DNA of 32,000 nucleotides from Pasteurellaceae bacterium RH1A (lineage in GTDB: Bacteria; Pseudomonadota; Gammaproteobacteria; Enterobacterales; Pasteurellaceae): NCBI GenBank assembly GCA_012221805.1, contig CP015195.1, positions 883,771 through 915,770 on the forward strand. The letters run 5' to 3'. Positions 21,246-30,574 of the stretch are shown one piece after another. The notes under the pieces were generated by a model that saw only the letters and a program-made list of their open reading frames with translations, made no database searches and had not been told where the DNA came from. The stretch's first letter is position 1. The number at the start of each line of letters is the position of its first letter. A program made the position numbers and the translations under genes.

Positions 21246-22787
21246 ATGAAACAAAAGACATTCATTGCCAGCCTAGTTGCAGCAAGTGCTACAACGGCCT
21301 TTGCTGCCCTGCCGCCTGCCGCTGATCGCCTGGCTGAACAGCCCTATTTAAACCAAGCTGCACAGGGCTTTGACCTGGATTTTAAGGGCGATAATTACCA
21401 GGCCTTTGAAACCCAAGTTAATGGTCAAACCATCAAATTCCGTGCCTTTGAAAAGATTGTCTATGTGGCTAACCCTGTCGAGGCTGACTACCAAACCATC
21501 AATTTTTATGTGCCAGAAGCCTACTATCATGATGGCCAAATCAACGGTTTTAATGCTCAAACGGCGCCGATTTTCCTGCCTAATGCGGTAGGCGGTTATA
21601 TGCCGGCCAAGGCGGCTGCCTTTGACAAGAAGGGCATGGGCAATTCAGACAAGCCCAATGCCATTGTGACGGCACTTTCTAAGGGGTATGTAGTCGCCAG
21701 TGTGGGCGCCCGTGGCCGCACCTTGGAAAAAGACGGGAAATACACGGGCAAGGCGCCTGCTGTGATTATCGATCTTAAAGCAGCCGTCCGCTACCTCCAC
21801 CATAATGATGCCAAGATGCCAGGCGATGCCAAGAAAATCATTTCCAACGGCACCAGTGCAGGTGGGGCCATGTCGGCCCTTTTAGGGGCCAGTGGTGATC
21901 ACAAAGACTATGAGCCTTATTTCAAGGCCCTAGGTGCAGCCCAGGCTAGTGACGCTATTTTTGCAGTATCGGCCTACTGCCCTATTACCAACCTTGAAAA
22001 CGCCGATGCCGCCTATGAATGGGAGTTTAATGGCCTGAATGATTATAGCCGTATGGATATGAGCCGCCTAACGGCTGCCAGCTATAACGATCGCTCCCAA
22101 GTAGCGGCCAAGGCCACTATTGAGGGCACCTTAACCGAGCAACAAATCAAGGTATCTGATGAGCTTAAGGCTCTTTTCCCAAGTTATCTCAATAGCCTCA
22201 ACCTTAAAGATGAGCAAGGTAATGTCTTGACCCTCGATCAAGATGGCAACGGCTCTTTCAAGGATTATGTGAAAAGCGTGATTGTGCGGGCGGCTGACAA
22301 GGCTTTTAAATCAGGTACCGATTTTTCTGATAAAAGCTGGGTGAAAACCCAAAAAGATGGGGTGACAGATATTGATTGGGCAGGCTATATCCATTCTGAA
22401 AAACGCATGAAGTCACCGCCAGCCTTCGATGCCTTGGATTTAAGTTCAGGTGAAAACAACTTCTTCGGCACAGAAAGTATCAATAATCAACACTTTACCG
22501 ACTATGGCGTGAAAAATAGTGCAGTGGAAAAGGCCGGCCGAGCAGACAGCCAGCTTGTTAAAATGGTCAATGCCATGAATTATGTGGAAACCAGCCCAAC
22601 CCAGCACTGGCGGATTCGGGTTGGCACTTCAGACCGTGACACCTCTCACGCCATCAGTGCCATGTTGGCGGTCAAACTGCAAATGGCTGGCAAGCAGGTG
22701 GACTATGAAACCCCTTGGGGCGTGAAACATTCGGGCGATTATGACCTAGATGAGCTTTTCCTGTGGGCGGATAGCATCACTAAATAA
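21246..22787 (+). CDS. Secreted subtype-B tannase (tannin acyl hydrolase)-like alpha/beta hydrolase
   Basis: Signal peptide MKQKTFIASLVAASATTAFA and the nucleophile elbow GTSAGG. Long collinear blocks match my recollection of Lactobacillus plantarum tannase (TAPIxxPNxVGGY, GYVV..G.RGRT, DxKAAxRY, IFAVSAYCPIxNLExAD.AYEW.FNG, HWRIR.G..DRDTS.AI, HSGDYDL). I trimmed the start to the ATG at 21246, which has an AGAGGA RBS. Confidence 0.8.
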   Translation: MKQKTFIASLVAASATTAFAALPPAADRLAEQPYLNQAAQGFDLDFKGDNYQAFETQVNGQTIKFRAFEKIVYVANPVEADYQTINFYVPEAYYHDGQINGFNAQTAPIFLPNAVGGYMPAKAAAFDKKGMGNSDKPNAIVTALSKGYVVASVGARGRTLEKDGKYTGKAPAVIIDLKAAVRYLHHNDAKMPGDAKKIISNGTSAGGAMSALLGASGDHKDYEPYFKALGAAQASDAIFAVSAYCPITNLENADAAYEWEFNGLNDYSRMDMSRLTAASYNDRSQVAAKATIEGTLTEQQIKVSDELKALFPSYLNSLNLKDEQGNVLTLDQDGNGSFKDYVKSVIVRAADKAFKSGTDFSDKSWVKTQKDGVTDIDWAGYIHSEKRMKSPPAFDALDLSSGENNFFGTESINNQHFTDYGVKNSAVEKAGRADSQLVKMVNAMNYVETSPTQHWRIRVGTSDRDTSHAISAMLAVKLQMAGKQVDYETPWGVKHSGDYDLDELFLWADSITK

Positions 22788-22794
22788 TAAAGCA

Positions 22795-22824
22795 AAGGCA
22801 TCGTGTGACGATGCCTTCTTTTTT
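22795..22824 (+). terminator. Rho-independent terminator after the tannase-like gene
   Basis: AAGGCATCG-TGTGA-CGATGCCTT followed by CTTTTTTT. It overlaps the rlmKL stop codon. Confidence 0.8.
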
Positions 22825-25042
22825 AGCTTATGGGTTTAACCAGCCAGCAGTTATGAATCTGCGGATTGCGTTCAAAATCCAGTGGCAGGGTCTTATGCGA
22901 AATGTTTTCAGCCTGCAAGCCTAACTGCGCCAAGCCCTCAAAGTCCATCTTAAAGCCCCGCTTGTTGTTGGAGAAGACAATGGTGCCATTGGCGGTTAGG
23001 ATACGTTTAAGTTGTTTAAAGAGCTCAATATGATCCCGCTGCACATCCCAGCTGTTTTCCATTCGCTTGGAGTTGGAGAAGGTTGGCGGATCAACAAAGA
23101 TCAGCTCAAACCGCTCCCGACATTCGGCCAGCCATTGCAGGCAGTCGGCCTGGTGCAAGCGGTTGGTTTTTAGCGATAAATTGTTAAGCTCTAGGTTCTG
23201 CTCTGCCCAGTTGAGGTAGGTGTTGGACATATCCACTGTGGTAGTGGACTTGGCCCCATTCAGGGCAGCGTGAACCGTGGCCGAACCTGTGTAGGCAAAG
23301 AGGTTGAGGAAGGTTTTCCCCTTGGCCATTTGGCCGACCATCTTGCGGGTGAGACGGTGATCCAGGAAAAGCCCGGTGTCCAAGTAATCGGTTAAATTGA
23401 CCCAGAGCTTGGCCCCGTATTCATTAACATAGAAATAATCGCCCTTGTTGGCCAGCTTTTCATATTGGTTGGTGCCTTTTTGCTTTTGGCGAACCTTAAG
23501 TACCAGCTTATTGGTTTCCACGCCCGTCACATAAAGGGTGGCGGAAACGGCATCCAACAAGCGTTGGCGGGCCTTGTTTTCATCAATGTTTTTCGGAGCC
23601 TGATATTCCTGCACCACAATATGATCGCCATAGCGATCCACGGCCAGATTATATTCAGGCAGATCAGCATCATAGAGGCGGTAGGCATCTAGGCCTTCCT
23701 GCTTGGCCCATTTTTCGATTTTCTTGATGTTTTTGGTTAGGCGGTTAGCGAAGTCTTGGGCCACTTGTGGGTTTTGTTCCACTTGTAAGTTTTGGCCCAA
23801 ATCTGACCGCTTGTCGGCGTTTTCACTAATCTGGTAGTTCTTCTGTAAGCAGTCCAGCGGGCCATTTTTGGCCTTAAATTGGCGGTGGGAACGCAGCCTT
23901 AAACAGTTGAGCAGTTCGGGTTCGCCGCTAAAAATGGAAGCATTCCAGCCCGCAAATTGTTGTTTGAGTTTTTGGCCCAAGACCGAATAAAGGGCAATCA
24001 GGGCAGGCGTTGTGCCTAAACGTTCTCCGTAAGGCGGGTTACAAATCACCGTGCCCTTGGTTTCTGGGCAAGGGTTTTTGAGGGCAGAGACATCGCCCTG
24101 CTGGAAGCGGATAAGATGGCCCACGCCGGCATTTTGGGCGTTTTGCTTGGCCTTGGCCAGTACTCGGTGGTCGAGATCGAAGCCATAGAAGAGGGTTTCT
24201 GATGAGGCGGTTGGTGAGCTTGTCGAACCATTAGCCGAACCATCTTCGTTGCCGAAAAGCTCACGCTTCGACAGGCTCAGCGACCGCTTTTCTGTTTCCT
24301 TTTTCGCCTCCCCAAGCACTTCCTTCCACAAACCCAAATCATGCCCCTTCCAGGCATCAAAGCCCCAGTGCTTACGGCTTAATTGTGGGGGAATGTTCAT
24401 CGCCATTTGGGCTGCTTCAATGAGAAGTGTGCCCGAACCGCACATTGGATCAACCAAAGGCGAACCCTTCTCCCAGCCCGACCGCAGGACAATGGCCGCT
24501 GCCAGGGTTTCCCGCAAAGGTGCCTTGCCCGTTTCTTCACGGTAGCCCCGCATATGCAGGGCATCGCCGCTTAAATCCAGCGATACAACCAAATCATCCC
24601 GATTAAGGTAAACGTGCAGGCGAATATCAGGGCGGATCTTATCCACGCTTGGGCGAGCAAAGCCCTTGCGTTCAAAGTAGTCCACAATTCCGTCTTTAAC
24701 CCGCATAGCCCCGAATTGCGTGTGGCGGATTTCACGGTTGGTGCCGTTGAAATCGACAAAGAAGCAGTCACGAGGGTCGAAAATATCCTGCCAGTTGTAG
24801 CTGACAATGGCGGCATAAAGGTCGCTGTCGCTAAAAATTTTGGTGGAAATGAGCGGCAGGAGAATACGGGAGGCCAGGCGACTGTGGAGCAGGGCCTGAT
24901 ACATGCCCTTAGGCTCACAAGTAAAATGCACGCCCCCTTGGGCGATTTTGCAGTCGGCTTGGGTGATGTGTTCTAGCTCACTTTTGAGCATTTCTTCAAA
25001 GCCACGGGCAGTGGTGGCGAAGTAGGTATTGGGTTTGGTCAT
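22823..25042 (-). CDS. rlmL: Bifunctional 23S rRNA methyltransferase RlmKL (m2G2445 / m7G2069)
   Basis: 739 aa with an N-terminal THUMP domain, an MTase with NPPYGERL, and a C-terminal SAM-MTase ([18 protein letters not shown]). It is about 37 aa longer than the 702-aa E. coli protein as I recall it. Confidence 0.92.
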   Translation of the reverse strand: MTKPNTYFATTARGFEEMLKSELEHITQADCKIAQGGVHFTCEPKGMYQALLHSRLASRILLPLISTKIFSDSDLYAAIVSYNWQDIFDPRDCFFVDFNGTNREIRHTQFGAMRVKDGIVDYFERKGFARPSVDKIRPDIRLHVYLNRDDLVVSLDLSGDALHMRGYREETGKAPLRETLAAAIVLRSGWEKGSPLVDPMCGSGTLLIEAAQMAMNIPPQLSRKHWGFDAWKGHDLGLWKEVLGEAKKETEKRSLSLSKRELFGNEDGSANGSTSSPTASSETLFYGFDLDHRVLAKAKQNAQNAGVGHLIRFQQGDVSALKNPCPETKGTVICNPPYGERLGTTPALIALYSVLGQKLKQQFAGWNASIFSGEPELLNCLRLRSHRQFKAKNGPLDCLQKNYQISENADKRSDLGQNLQVEQNPQVAQDFANRLTKNIKKIEKWAKQEGLDAYRLYDADLPEYNLAVDRYGDHIVVQEYQAPKNIDENKARQRLLDAVSATLYVTGVETNKLVLKVRQKQKGTNQYEKLANKGDYFYVNEYGAKLWVNLTDYLDTGLFLDHRLTRKMVGQMAKGKTFLNLFAYTGSATVHAALNGAKSTTTVDMSNTYLNWAEQNLELNNLSLKTNRLHQADCLQWLAECRERFELIFVDPPTFSNSKRMENSWDVQRDHIELFKQLKRILTANGTIVFSNNKRGFKMDFEGLAQLGLQAENISHKTLPLDFERNPQIHNCWLVKPIS
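24205..24289. repeat. Roughly 85-bp copy of the palindromic element family, embedded in frame in rlmKL
   Basis: The arms GCGGTTGGTGAGCTTGTCGAA (24207..) and CGCTTCGACAGGCTCAGCGACCGC (..24287) align by hand with the arms and the GGTTCGxCTAATG core of the 14384..14514 element. The segment encodes roughly ...[29 protein letters not shown]... Confidence 0.7.
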
Positions 25043-25123
25043 GGTTTGAATGGTTTGGAAAAATTAGCCTTAGTTAGTAGAGCAGTATAGCCTAATTAGC
25101 GGAGAGATTTGCGAATTTCTGTG

Positions 25124-25156
25124 AAAATTAACCCGCTTGCGGCTAACAAGCGGGTT
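25124..25156 (-). terminator. Probable potC terminator (USS-like hairpin)
   Basis: AACCCGCTTG-N7-CAAGCGGGTT, followed on the minus strand by AATTTT. The T-run is weak. Confidence 0.5.
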
Positions 25157-25161
25157 GGTTT

Positions 25162-25929
25162 TTAGGCTTTTTTGCGAGCAATCAGCTGGCTTAAGACCAC
25201 CAAGAGCAGTGAGAAGACAATCATCACCGTGGCCAGGGCATTGACCTCTGGGGTCACGCCAGTTTTCACCAAGGAGAAGATCTTAAGCGGCAAGACCTCA
25301 TAGCTCGGGCTGGTCACAAAAGAGGAGACCACCACATCATCAAGCGAGATGGTAAAGCTCAAGAGCCAGCCAGACACCACCGCTGGCAGGGCCAGTGGGA
25401 AGATGATCTTGCGTAAGATGGTCACTTCACTTGCCCCCAAGTCACGGGCGGCTTCCAGCATCTTGCCGTCAAAGTCGCTCAAGCGTGATGAAATGGCAAT
25501 CACCACATAAGGCAAGCAGAAGGTGATATGGGCGATGAGGAGCGAGAAGAAGCCCAGCTTGATGTTAATCAAGAGGAAGAGCACCAACATCGACACCGCC
25601 ATCACAATATCAGGCGACATCATCACGATAAAGAGCAAGCCTGTAACTGCCTGTTTGCCCCTAAAGCGGTAGCGATAGAGGGCGACCGAGGTGAGAAAAC
25701 CGATAATGGTCGCACAGGTGGCAGCAAAAAAGGCAATGGTTAGGGAATTGACGGCCGCCTGAATTAAGGTGTCGTTGTTCCACAAACGCTCATACCAGTT
25801 CCAGCTAAAGCCCTTCCAGGTTAAGCCAAAGCGGTCTGCATTAAATGAATTGACCACCAAGATGATGATCGGAATATACAAATAAGCGAAGACCAAAAAC
25901 ATAAAAAGGTTTCTAAATAAACGCTTCAT
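25162..25929 (-). CDS. potC: Spermidine/putrescine ABC transporter permease PotC
   Basis: 255 aa, six-TM ABC permease with an EAA-loop region (EAARDLGAS). It is the third gene of the potABC order. Confidence 0.9.
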   Translation of the reverse strand: MKRLFRNLFMFLVFAYLYIPIIILVVNSFNADRFGLTWKGFSWNWYERLWNNDTLIQAAVNSLTIAFFAATCATIIGFLTSVALYRYRFRGKQAVTGLLFIVMMSPDIVMAVSMLVLFLLINIKLGFFSLLIAHITFCLPYVVIAISSRLSDFDGKMLEAARDLGASEVTILRKIIFPLALPAVVSGWLLSFTISLDDVVVSSFVTSPSYEVLPLKIFSLVKTGVTPEVNALATVMIVFSLLLVVLSQLIARKKA

Positions 25930-26795
25930 TATTCTAACTCCACCTTTTTATTGAGTAATTTATTAGCACGATAGTAGAGGTATAACATCAAAGCCATAAG
26001 TGCCGTTAGGGCGATACTGACCGCAGAACCCAGCGGAAGCTGGTTGGTGGTCAAGAAGAGGCTCTTAATGATGTTCCCTACCAATGGGGTTTTACCGCCG
26101 CCCAAGAGGTCTGCTACATAGAACATCCCCATGGCAGGCAGAAGCACCAACAAGCAACCCGATACAATTCCCGGCATGGTAAGCGGAATGGTAATGCGGA
26201 TAAAGCGTTGGACAGCATTTGCTCCCAAGTCCTTGGCCGCTTCCAGTAGTCTGCCGTCAATCTTCTCAATAGAAGAGTAAAGCGGCAAAATCATAAATGG
26301 CAGCAGGATATACACAAAGCCAATGATAATGGCCGTTTCGGTGTTAAGCACCCGGAAAGGCGTGTCAATAACCCCTAGCCAGAGCAGGCTTTCGTTTAAA
26401 ATCCCTTTAACGCCCAAGAAAATCTTGATGCCGTAAATACGGATAAGCGAGTTAGTCCAAAACGGCAAGATAACCAAAAAGAGCATAATGGGCCGCCATT
26501 TGGCTGGCATTTTGGCAATCATAAAGGCAAAAGGATAGCCAATCACTAAGCAAATGATGGTCGCAATGCCCGACATATAGAGCGAGTTCCACAAGACCTT
26601 AAGATAGGTATCGTTGAAGAGCGCGGCATAAGCGTCTAGGCTAAACTCAAAATCGACAAAGTAGGCGCTTTGGCGGTTTTCGGTTAAGAAGCTGATAATA
26701 AGCACCAGCAGGTTTGGCACCAGCACAAAGAGCAGGAGCCAGCCGAAAATAATCGCAACAGTGGCGTTTTGGAAGCGATTAGTTGTAATTTTCAT
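25929..26795 (-). CDS. potB: Spermidine/putrescine ABC transporter permease PotB
   Basis: Collinear with E. coli PotB as I recall it ([32 protein letters not shown]-like C-terminus). I set the start at [10 protein letters not shown] (26795) by analogy with MKNTSKFQN. Confidence 0.9.
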   Translation of the reverse strand: MKITTNRFQNATVAIIFGWLLLFVLVPNLLVLIISFLTENRQSAYFVDFEFSLDAYAALFNDTYLKVLWNSLYMSGIATIICLVIGYPFAFMIAKMPAKWRPIMLFLVILPFWTNSLIRIYGIKIFLGVKGILNESLLWLGVIDTPFRVLNTETAIIIGFVYILLPFMILPLYSSIEKIDGRLLEAAKDLGANAVQRFIRITIPLTMPGIVSGCLLVLLPAMGMFYVADLLGGGKTPLVGNIIKSLFLTTNQLPLGSAVSIALTALMALMLYLYYRANKLLNKKVELE

Positions 26796-27894
26796 CGTTG
26801 AGTACAACCTCCCAGCCTTCGTGCCAGGTTAAGGCAACTTTTTGTCCAACAGAGTGATCCATATTTGGATCGTCTTCGTTAAAGAATTCGCTAACCAGTA
26901 CCTTCTTGCCATTGTGGTCAAATTGTACGGTCGATTCAAGGGTCATGCCCTTGTAGGTACGGTCGATGATATGGCCAATCACCGCTTTTGAGGTTTCATT
27001 TTCGTCTAGTTCCTCAATCACGATATCTTCAGGGCGAAGGAGAACTTGCACCTCTTGGCCGATAATGACAGGCAAGTCGGTGTGAATATCACAAATCCGG
27101 CCTTCCACATTAGCCAGCACGGTATTTGGCGATTTACGCTCAATTACGGTAGCCTCTAAGACGTTGATTTCGCCAATGAACTTGGCCACAAAGAGGTTCT
27201 TCGGCTCTTCATAGATTTCACGAGGCGTGCCGTCTTGGGCGATCTTACCGCCGTTCATCACAATAATCCGGTCTGACATGGTCAGGGCTTCTTCCTGATC
27301 GTGGGTGACGAAGATAAAGGTAATGCCTAACTGACGTTGCAGGCGTTTGAGCTCGTGCTGCATTTCTTTACGCAGTTTGTAGTCAAGGGCGGATAGGGAT
27401 TCATCCAGCAGCAAAACTTTTGGCTTATTAACCACCGCACGGGCAATGGCAATACGTTGTTGTTGGCCACCTGACAGTTGTGAAGGCTTTTGTTTGGCAC
27501 GGTCTTCTAGCTTAACCATACGCAAAGCGTCCATCACGCGTGGCTCAATCTCATCTTCTGGCACCTTTTGCATTCTCAAGCCAAAGGCCACATTGTCAAA
27601 AATGGTCATGTGAGGGAAGAGAGCATAGCTTTGGAAAACCGTATTGACAGGGCGTTGCTCGGCTGGAATATCGGACACATCTTGGCCATCAAGAATGATG
27701 GATCCATCGGTCACTTCCTCAAAACCTGCAATTAAACGCAGGGCAGTGGTTTTACCACAGCCTGACGGGCCTAAAATGGTCAAAAACTCACCGTCGTTGA
27801 TGGTGAGATCTAAATTTTCAAGAATGGTTTTGCTACCGTAACGTTTAGTGACCGAACGAAGTTCGATGATCGGTTTTTGCTCTAACGTTTCCAT
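26779..27894 (-). CDS. potA: Spermidine/putrescine ABC transporter ATPase PotA
   Basis: Walker [10 protein letters not shown], signature LSGGQQQR, Walker B LLLDE, plus a C-terminal regulatory domain. Confidence 0.93.
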   Translation of the reverse strand: METLEQKPIIELRSVTKRYGSKTILENLDLTINDGEFLTILGPSGCGKTTALRLIAGFEEVTDGSIILDGQDVSDIPAEQRPVNTVFQSYALFPHMTIFDNVAFGLRMQKVPEDEIEPRVMDALRMVKLEDRAKQKPSQLSGGQQQRIAIARAVVNKPKVLLLDESLSALDYKLRKEMQHELKRLQRQLGITFIFVTHDQEEALTMSDRIIVMNGGKIAQDGTPREIYEEPKNLFVAKFIGEINVLEATVIERKSPNTVLANVEGRICDIHTDLPVIIGQEVQVLLRPEDIVIEELDENETSKAVIGHIIDRTYKGMTLESTVQFDHNGKKVLVSEFFNEDDPNMDHSVGQKVALTWHEGWEVVLNDENYN

Positions 27895-28205
27895 CTACTG
27901 AGTTTTCCCCCTAGGGCATGGTTGAAAAATCTGAATAAGCATCCAGTGTGAGTTGCGTAAAAACACGCTCTAAAAATAGCCTGTTATGATATAAGGAAAA
28001 AGGAGGAAATTAAAGTAAAAATTGTATGAATTGGAGAAAAAGGTGGCATTTTTAGGCCGCTATACAAGCGGGGGCTAAATCACTTATTTTTGCAAAGTCT
28101 ATCCAAGTTGCGTTTATTGATTGCTTGCACTAGGCCTCCTCCTAAACAGGAGGGGCCCAAATATGGAATTTGAGAATATTCATGAAGAAGAGAGGGAAAT
28201 ACCTC

Positions 28206-28550
28206 TTATCTTAAACTCAATCGTTCTCGTCCAATTTTCTCTTGAATCGCTTCGGTGACAAAGGTGTTGAGCGAACGCTTACCCGCCATAAGGCTGGCCT
28301 CACGGTGCAATTCCTCGCCGATCCGCACATTAAACACGCCCTTAAAGGGTTTATCAGGTGTTTTCCCGAGTTCGGCACAATCCTGTAAATAGAGATCAAC
28401 TGAGGTCTGAAATTCTTGTTCCAATTCAGGTATAGTTTGAGCCTCATAAGTGATTAAATCACGAATATAGGCTACTTTGCCAAACAAAATATTATTGTCT
28501 AAATCAGGCTCAATCGTACCGACATAGCCCTTGTAATTGAGTAACGTCAT
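28206..28550 (-). CDS. hicB: Type II antitoxin, HicB family
   Basis: 114 aa with an N-terminal HicB fold-type sequence (YKGYVGTIEPDLDNNILFGKV) and a C-terminal RHH-like DNA-binding tail. It overlaps the hicA stop by 4 nt. Confidence 0.8.
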   Translation of the reverse strand: MTLLNYKGYVGTIEPDLDNNILFGKVAYIRDLITYEAQTIPELEQEFQTSVDLYLQDCAELGKTPDKPFKGVFNVRIGEELHREASLMAGKRSLNTFVTEAIQEKIGRERLSLR

Positions 28551-28795
28551 AGAATACCTACCTGTTTCAATGCTAGTTTTACGGATTTCAAGGCTCCGCC
28601 CTTGATGGTATTTTCAGGATGAGGTTTGTGGAGCAAAATGGTGTGATCGAGTTTTTCATTGTAGAACCGTACTCGAGAACCTGCCATCTCCCGTTTTTCA
28701 TAGCCCTGTTGAGCCAAAAGTGTGACTAAATCAGACCAGTTAAAGGTTGCCTGTGCTTGAGCCAGTTTCTCTAAAAGCTTTCCTGCCTTGCCCAT
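28547..28795 (-). CDS. hicA: Type II toxin, HicA family mRNA interferase
   Basis: 82 aa, small and basic, with the HicA-type core GSRVRFYNE...HKPHPENTIKGGALKSV. Its position upstream of hicB is the canonical order. Confidence 0.78.
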   Translation of the reverse strand: MGKAGKLLEKLAQAQATFNWSDLVTLLAQQGYEKREMAGSRVRFYNEKLDHTILLHKPHPENTIKGGALKSVKLALKQVGIL

Positions 28796-28840
28796 TTATC
28801 TGCTCCAATATTGAAATTTGATACCAATTATAGTTACTCT

Positions 28841-28855
28841 TGATTAAAAATCAAT
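28841..28855. promoter_or_regulatory. Candidate hicAB operator palindrome TTGATT-AAA-AATCAA overlapping a -35/-10 (TATAAT on the minus strand at 28828..28833)
   Basis: Perfect 6-bp inverted repeat about 45-60 bp upstream of the hicA ATG. The minus strand reads TTGATT-N16-TATAAT. Confidence 0.4.
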
Positions 28856-28860
28856 GCCTC

Positions 28861-29496
28861 TTATAAGGGAAAGCCCCCCAAATCCTTAAGCCGATTAACC
28901 ATCTTACAAAAGAGTTCGGCCGTGCGTTCGGTGTCATAAAGGGCAGAATGAGCCTGCTTGCCGTCAAAGGGGATTTGAGCCATTTGACAGGCCTTGACCA
29001 GCACCGTTTGGCCGTACATGAGCCCAGCCAGACTTGCCGTATCAAAGCTAGAAAAGGGATGGAAGGGATCACGCTTGGCATTGATACGTTTAACCGCTGC
29101 CTGCAAAAAGCCCTGATCGAAGCTGGCATTGTGAGCCACAATTACCGCCCGCTGGCAACCATTGGCCTTGACTGCCTTGCGCACCATCTTAAACATTTCC
29201 GTAATGGCGATATTTTCCGCCACCGCTCCCCGTAGCGGGTTGTCAATATCAATCCCATTGACCTTGAGGGATTCTGGGTTGATATTGGCCCCTTCAAAGG
29301 GCTGGATATGAAAGTGGCACTTTTCATCCATCTGCAAGTAGCCATTTTCGTCCATTTTTAGCGTAATCGCAGCCAGCTCCAAGAGGGCATCGGTGCTGGC
29401 ATTGAGGCCTGCGGTTTCCAAGTCAATCACCACAGGCAAATAACCCCGAAAGCGGTTTTTTAAGAGGTTAAAATCGGTTGGTTCGGTTTGTTCCAT
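28861..29496 (-). CDS. rnt: Ribonuclease T
   Basis: 211 aa DEDDh exonuclease with motifs [19 protein letters not shown] and [14 protein letters not shown]. Confidence 0.93.
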   Translation of the reverse strand: MEQTEPTDFNLLKNRFRGYLPVVIDLETAGLNASTDALLELAAITLKMDENGYLQMDEKCHFHIQPFEGANINPESLKVNGIDIDNPLRGAVAENIAITEMFKMVRKAVKANGCQRAVIVAHNASFDQGFLQAAVKRINAKRDPFHPFSSFDTASLAGLMYGQTVLVKACQMAQIPFDGKQAHSALYDTERTAELFCKMVNRLKDLGGFPL

Positions 29497-29520
29497 TATT
29501 GATATATCTTGCTTCTATTC

Positions 29521-29557
29521 AAAAAAATAAATCCCCTCCCCGCAAGCAGGGGAGGGG
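29521..29557 (-). terminator. gloA rho-independent terminator
   Basis: CCCCTCCCC-GCAAGCA-GGGGAGGGG, with a T7 run a few nt downstream on the minus strand. Confidence 0.75.
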
Positions 29558-29572
29558 GGATGAGCGGTAATA

Positions 29573-29980
29573 CTAATTCCCTAAGGCTTTTTCCGCATCT
29601 TTGTTCTCGATAAATTCAATCTTATAGCCATCTGGATCTTGGGCAAAAGCAATTACCGTTTTACCACCCAAGACCGGGCCTGGTTCACGGGTGATGGTGC
29701 CGCCGGCCTGACGAATGGCCTCGCAGGTGGCGTAAATATCGTCCACGCCGATGGCAATATGGCCGTAGGCTGTGCCTAAATCATAGCTGTCCACGCCCCA
29801 GTTATAGGTTAGCTCCAAGACGGCCGTTTCGCTTTCCTCACCGTAGCCCAAAAAGGCCAGAGTATATTTATATTGCTCATTTTCGCTGGTGCGGAGCAGT
29901 TTCATGCCCAAGATTTCAGTATAGAATTTGATCGAACGGTCTAAATCCCCAACCCGTAGCATGGTATGTAAAATTCGCAT
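29573..29980 (-). CDS. gloA: Lactoylglutathione lyase (glyoxalase I)
   Basis: 135 aa with [30 protein letters not shown] and the metal-ligand pattern conserved. Confidence 0.95.
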   Translation of the reverse strand: MRILHTMLRVGDLDRSIKFYTEILGMKLLRTSENEQYKYTLAFLGYGEESETAVLELTYNWGVDSYDLGTAYGHIAIGVDDIYATCEAIRQAGGTITREPGPVLGGKTVIAFAQDPDGYKIEFIENKDAEKALGN

Positions 29981-30029
29981 AATCAGTCCTCAAGAGTTAA
30001 AAAAGTCTGCCTATTATGGCACAGTTAGA

Positions 30030-30428
30030 TTAGGTTCGTGAAGATTTTAATAATTGAATAATCTCATTTAAGGAAGCAATCTGCCTTTCTTTTTCTTTTA
30101 GGAGATCTTGATGATGTTTCAAGGCAAGTTTTAATTTTTCATTCTCTAGCGTAAGTGAATCATTGCCCGAGTAATAGGTGGTATTATTATGATTATCACC
30201 ATGCTCATTCATCAGAAAGAAAACGCCATTTTCTTTATTATTCATAAATTCAATAGCATCCATATTAAAAATATTGGCAATCTGCTCTAATTTTTCTAGG
30301 CTAAGCTTGGTCTCTCCTCGCTCAATTTTGGCATAGCCATTAAGAGACATATTCATTTTTTCAGCCATTTCTTCTTGCGACCATTGCTTGATTTCTCGCA
30401 TTACTCGGATCTTATCGTGCACACTCAT
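30030..30428 (-). CDS. XRE-family helix-turn-helix transcriptional regulator with a C-terminal coiled coil
   Basis: The N-terminal HTH_3-type sequence is IRVMREIKQWSQEEMAEKMNMSLNGYAKIERGETKLSLEKLEQIANIF. The C-terminus has a heptad-like pattern (LENEKLKLALKHHQDLLKEKERQIASLNEIIQLL). AAGGA RBS. Confidence 0.8.
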   Translation of the reverse strand: MSVHDKIRVMREIKQWSQEEMAEKMNMSLNGYAKIERGETKLSLEKLEQIANIFNMDAIEFMNNKENGVFFLMNEHGDNHNNTTYYSGNDSLTLENEKLKLALKHHQDLLKEKERQIASLNEIIQLLKSSRT

Positions 30429-30464
30429 TACTGTTCCTTAAACACACTCTTTGGGCAAATTTAA

Positions 30465-30477
30465 CCACATAATGTGG
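30465..30477. promoter_or_regulatory. Perfect palindrome CCACAT-A-ATGTGG in the divergent XRE/large-ORF intergenic region (candidate operator)
   Basis: Seen directly. It lies 37-49 bp upstream of the XRE start and about 100 bp upstream of the ATG at 30575. Confidence 0.35.
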
Positions 30478-30574
30478 GTCTTTTATCTACATTTGGTTTA
30501 TAGAATAAAGCTTCTACAACCTCTATCATAATAGCACTTTTTGCCTCGTTTACAACTTATTCAACCTCCTCCCT

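Noticed and set aside
25162-27894. potABC operon lacking potD as an anomaly
   Set aside because: A terminator follows potC. An unlinked periplasmic binding-protein gene is common for this transporter in Pasteurellaceae and cannot be assessed from one window.
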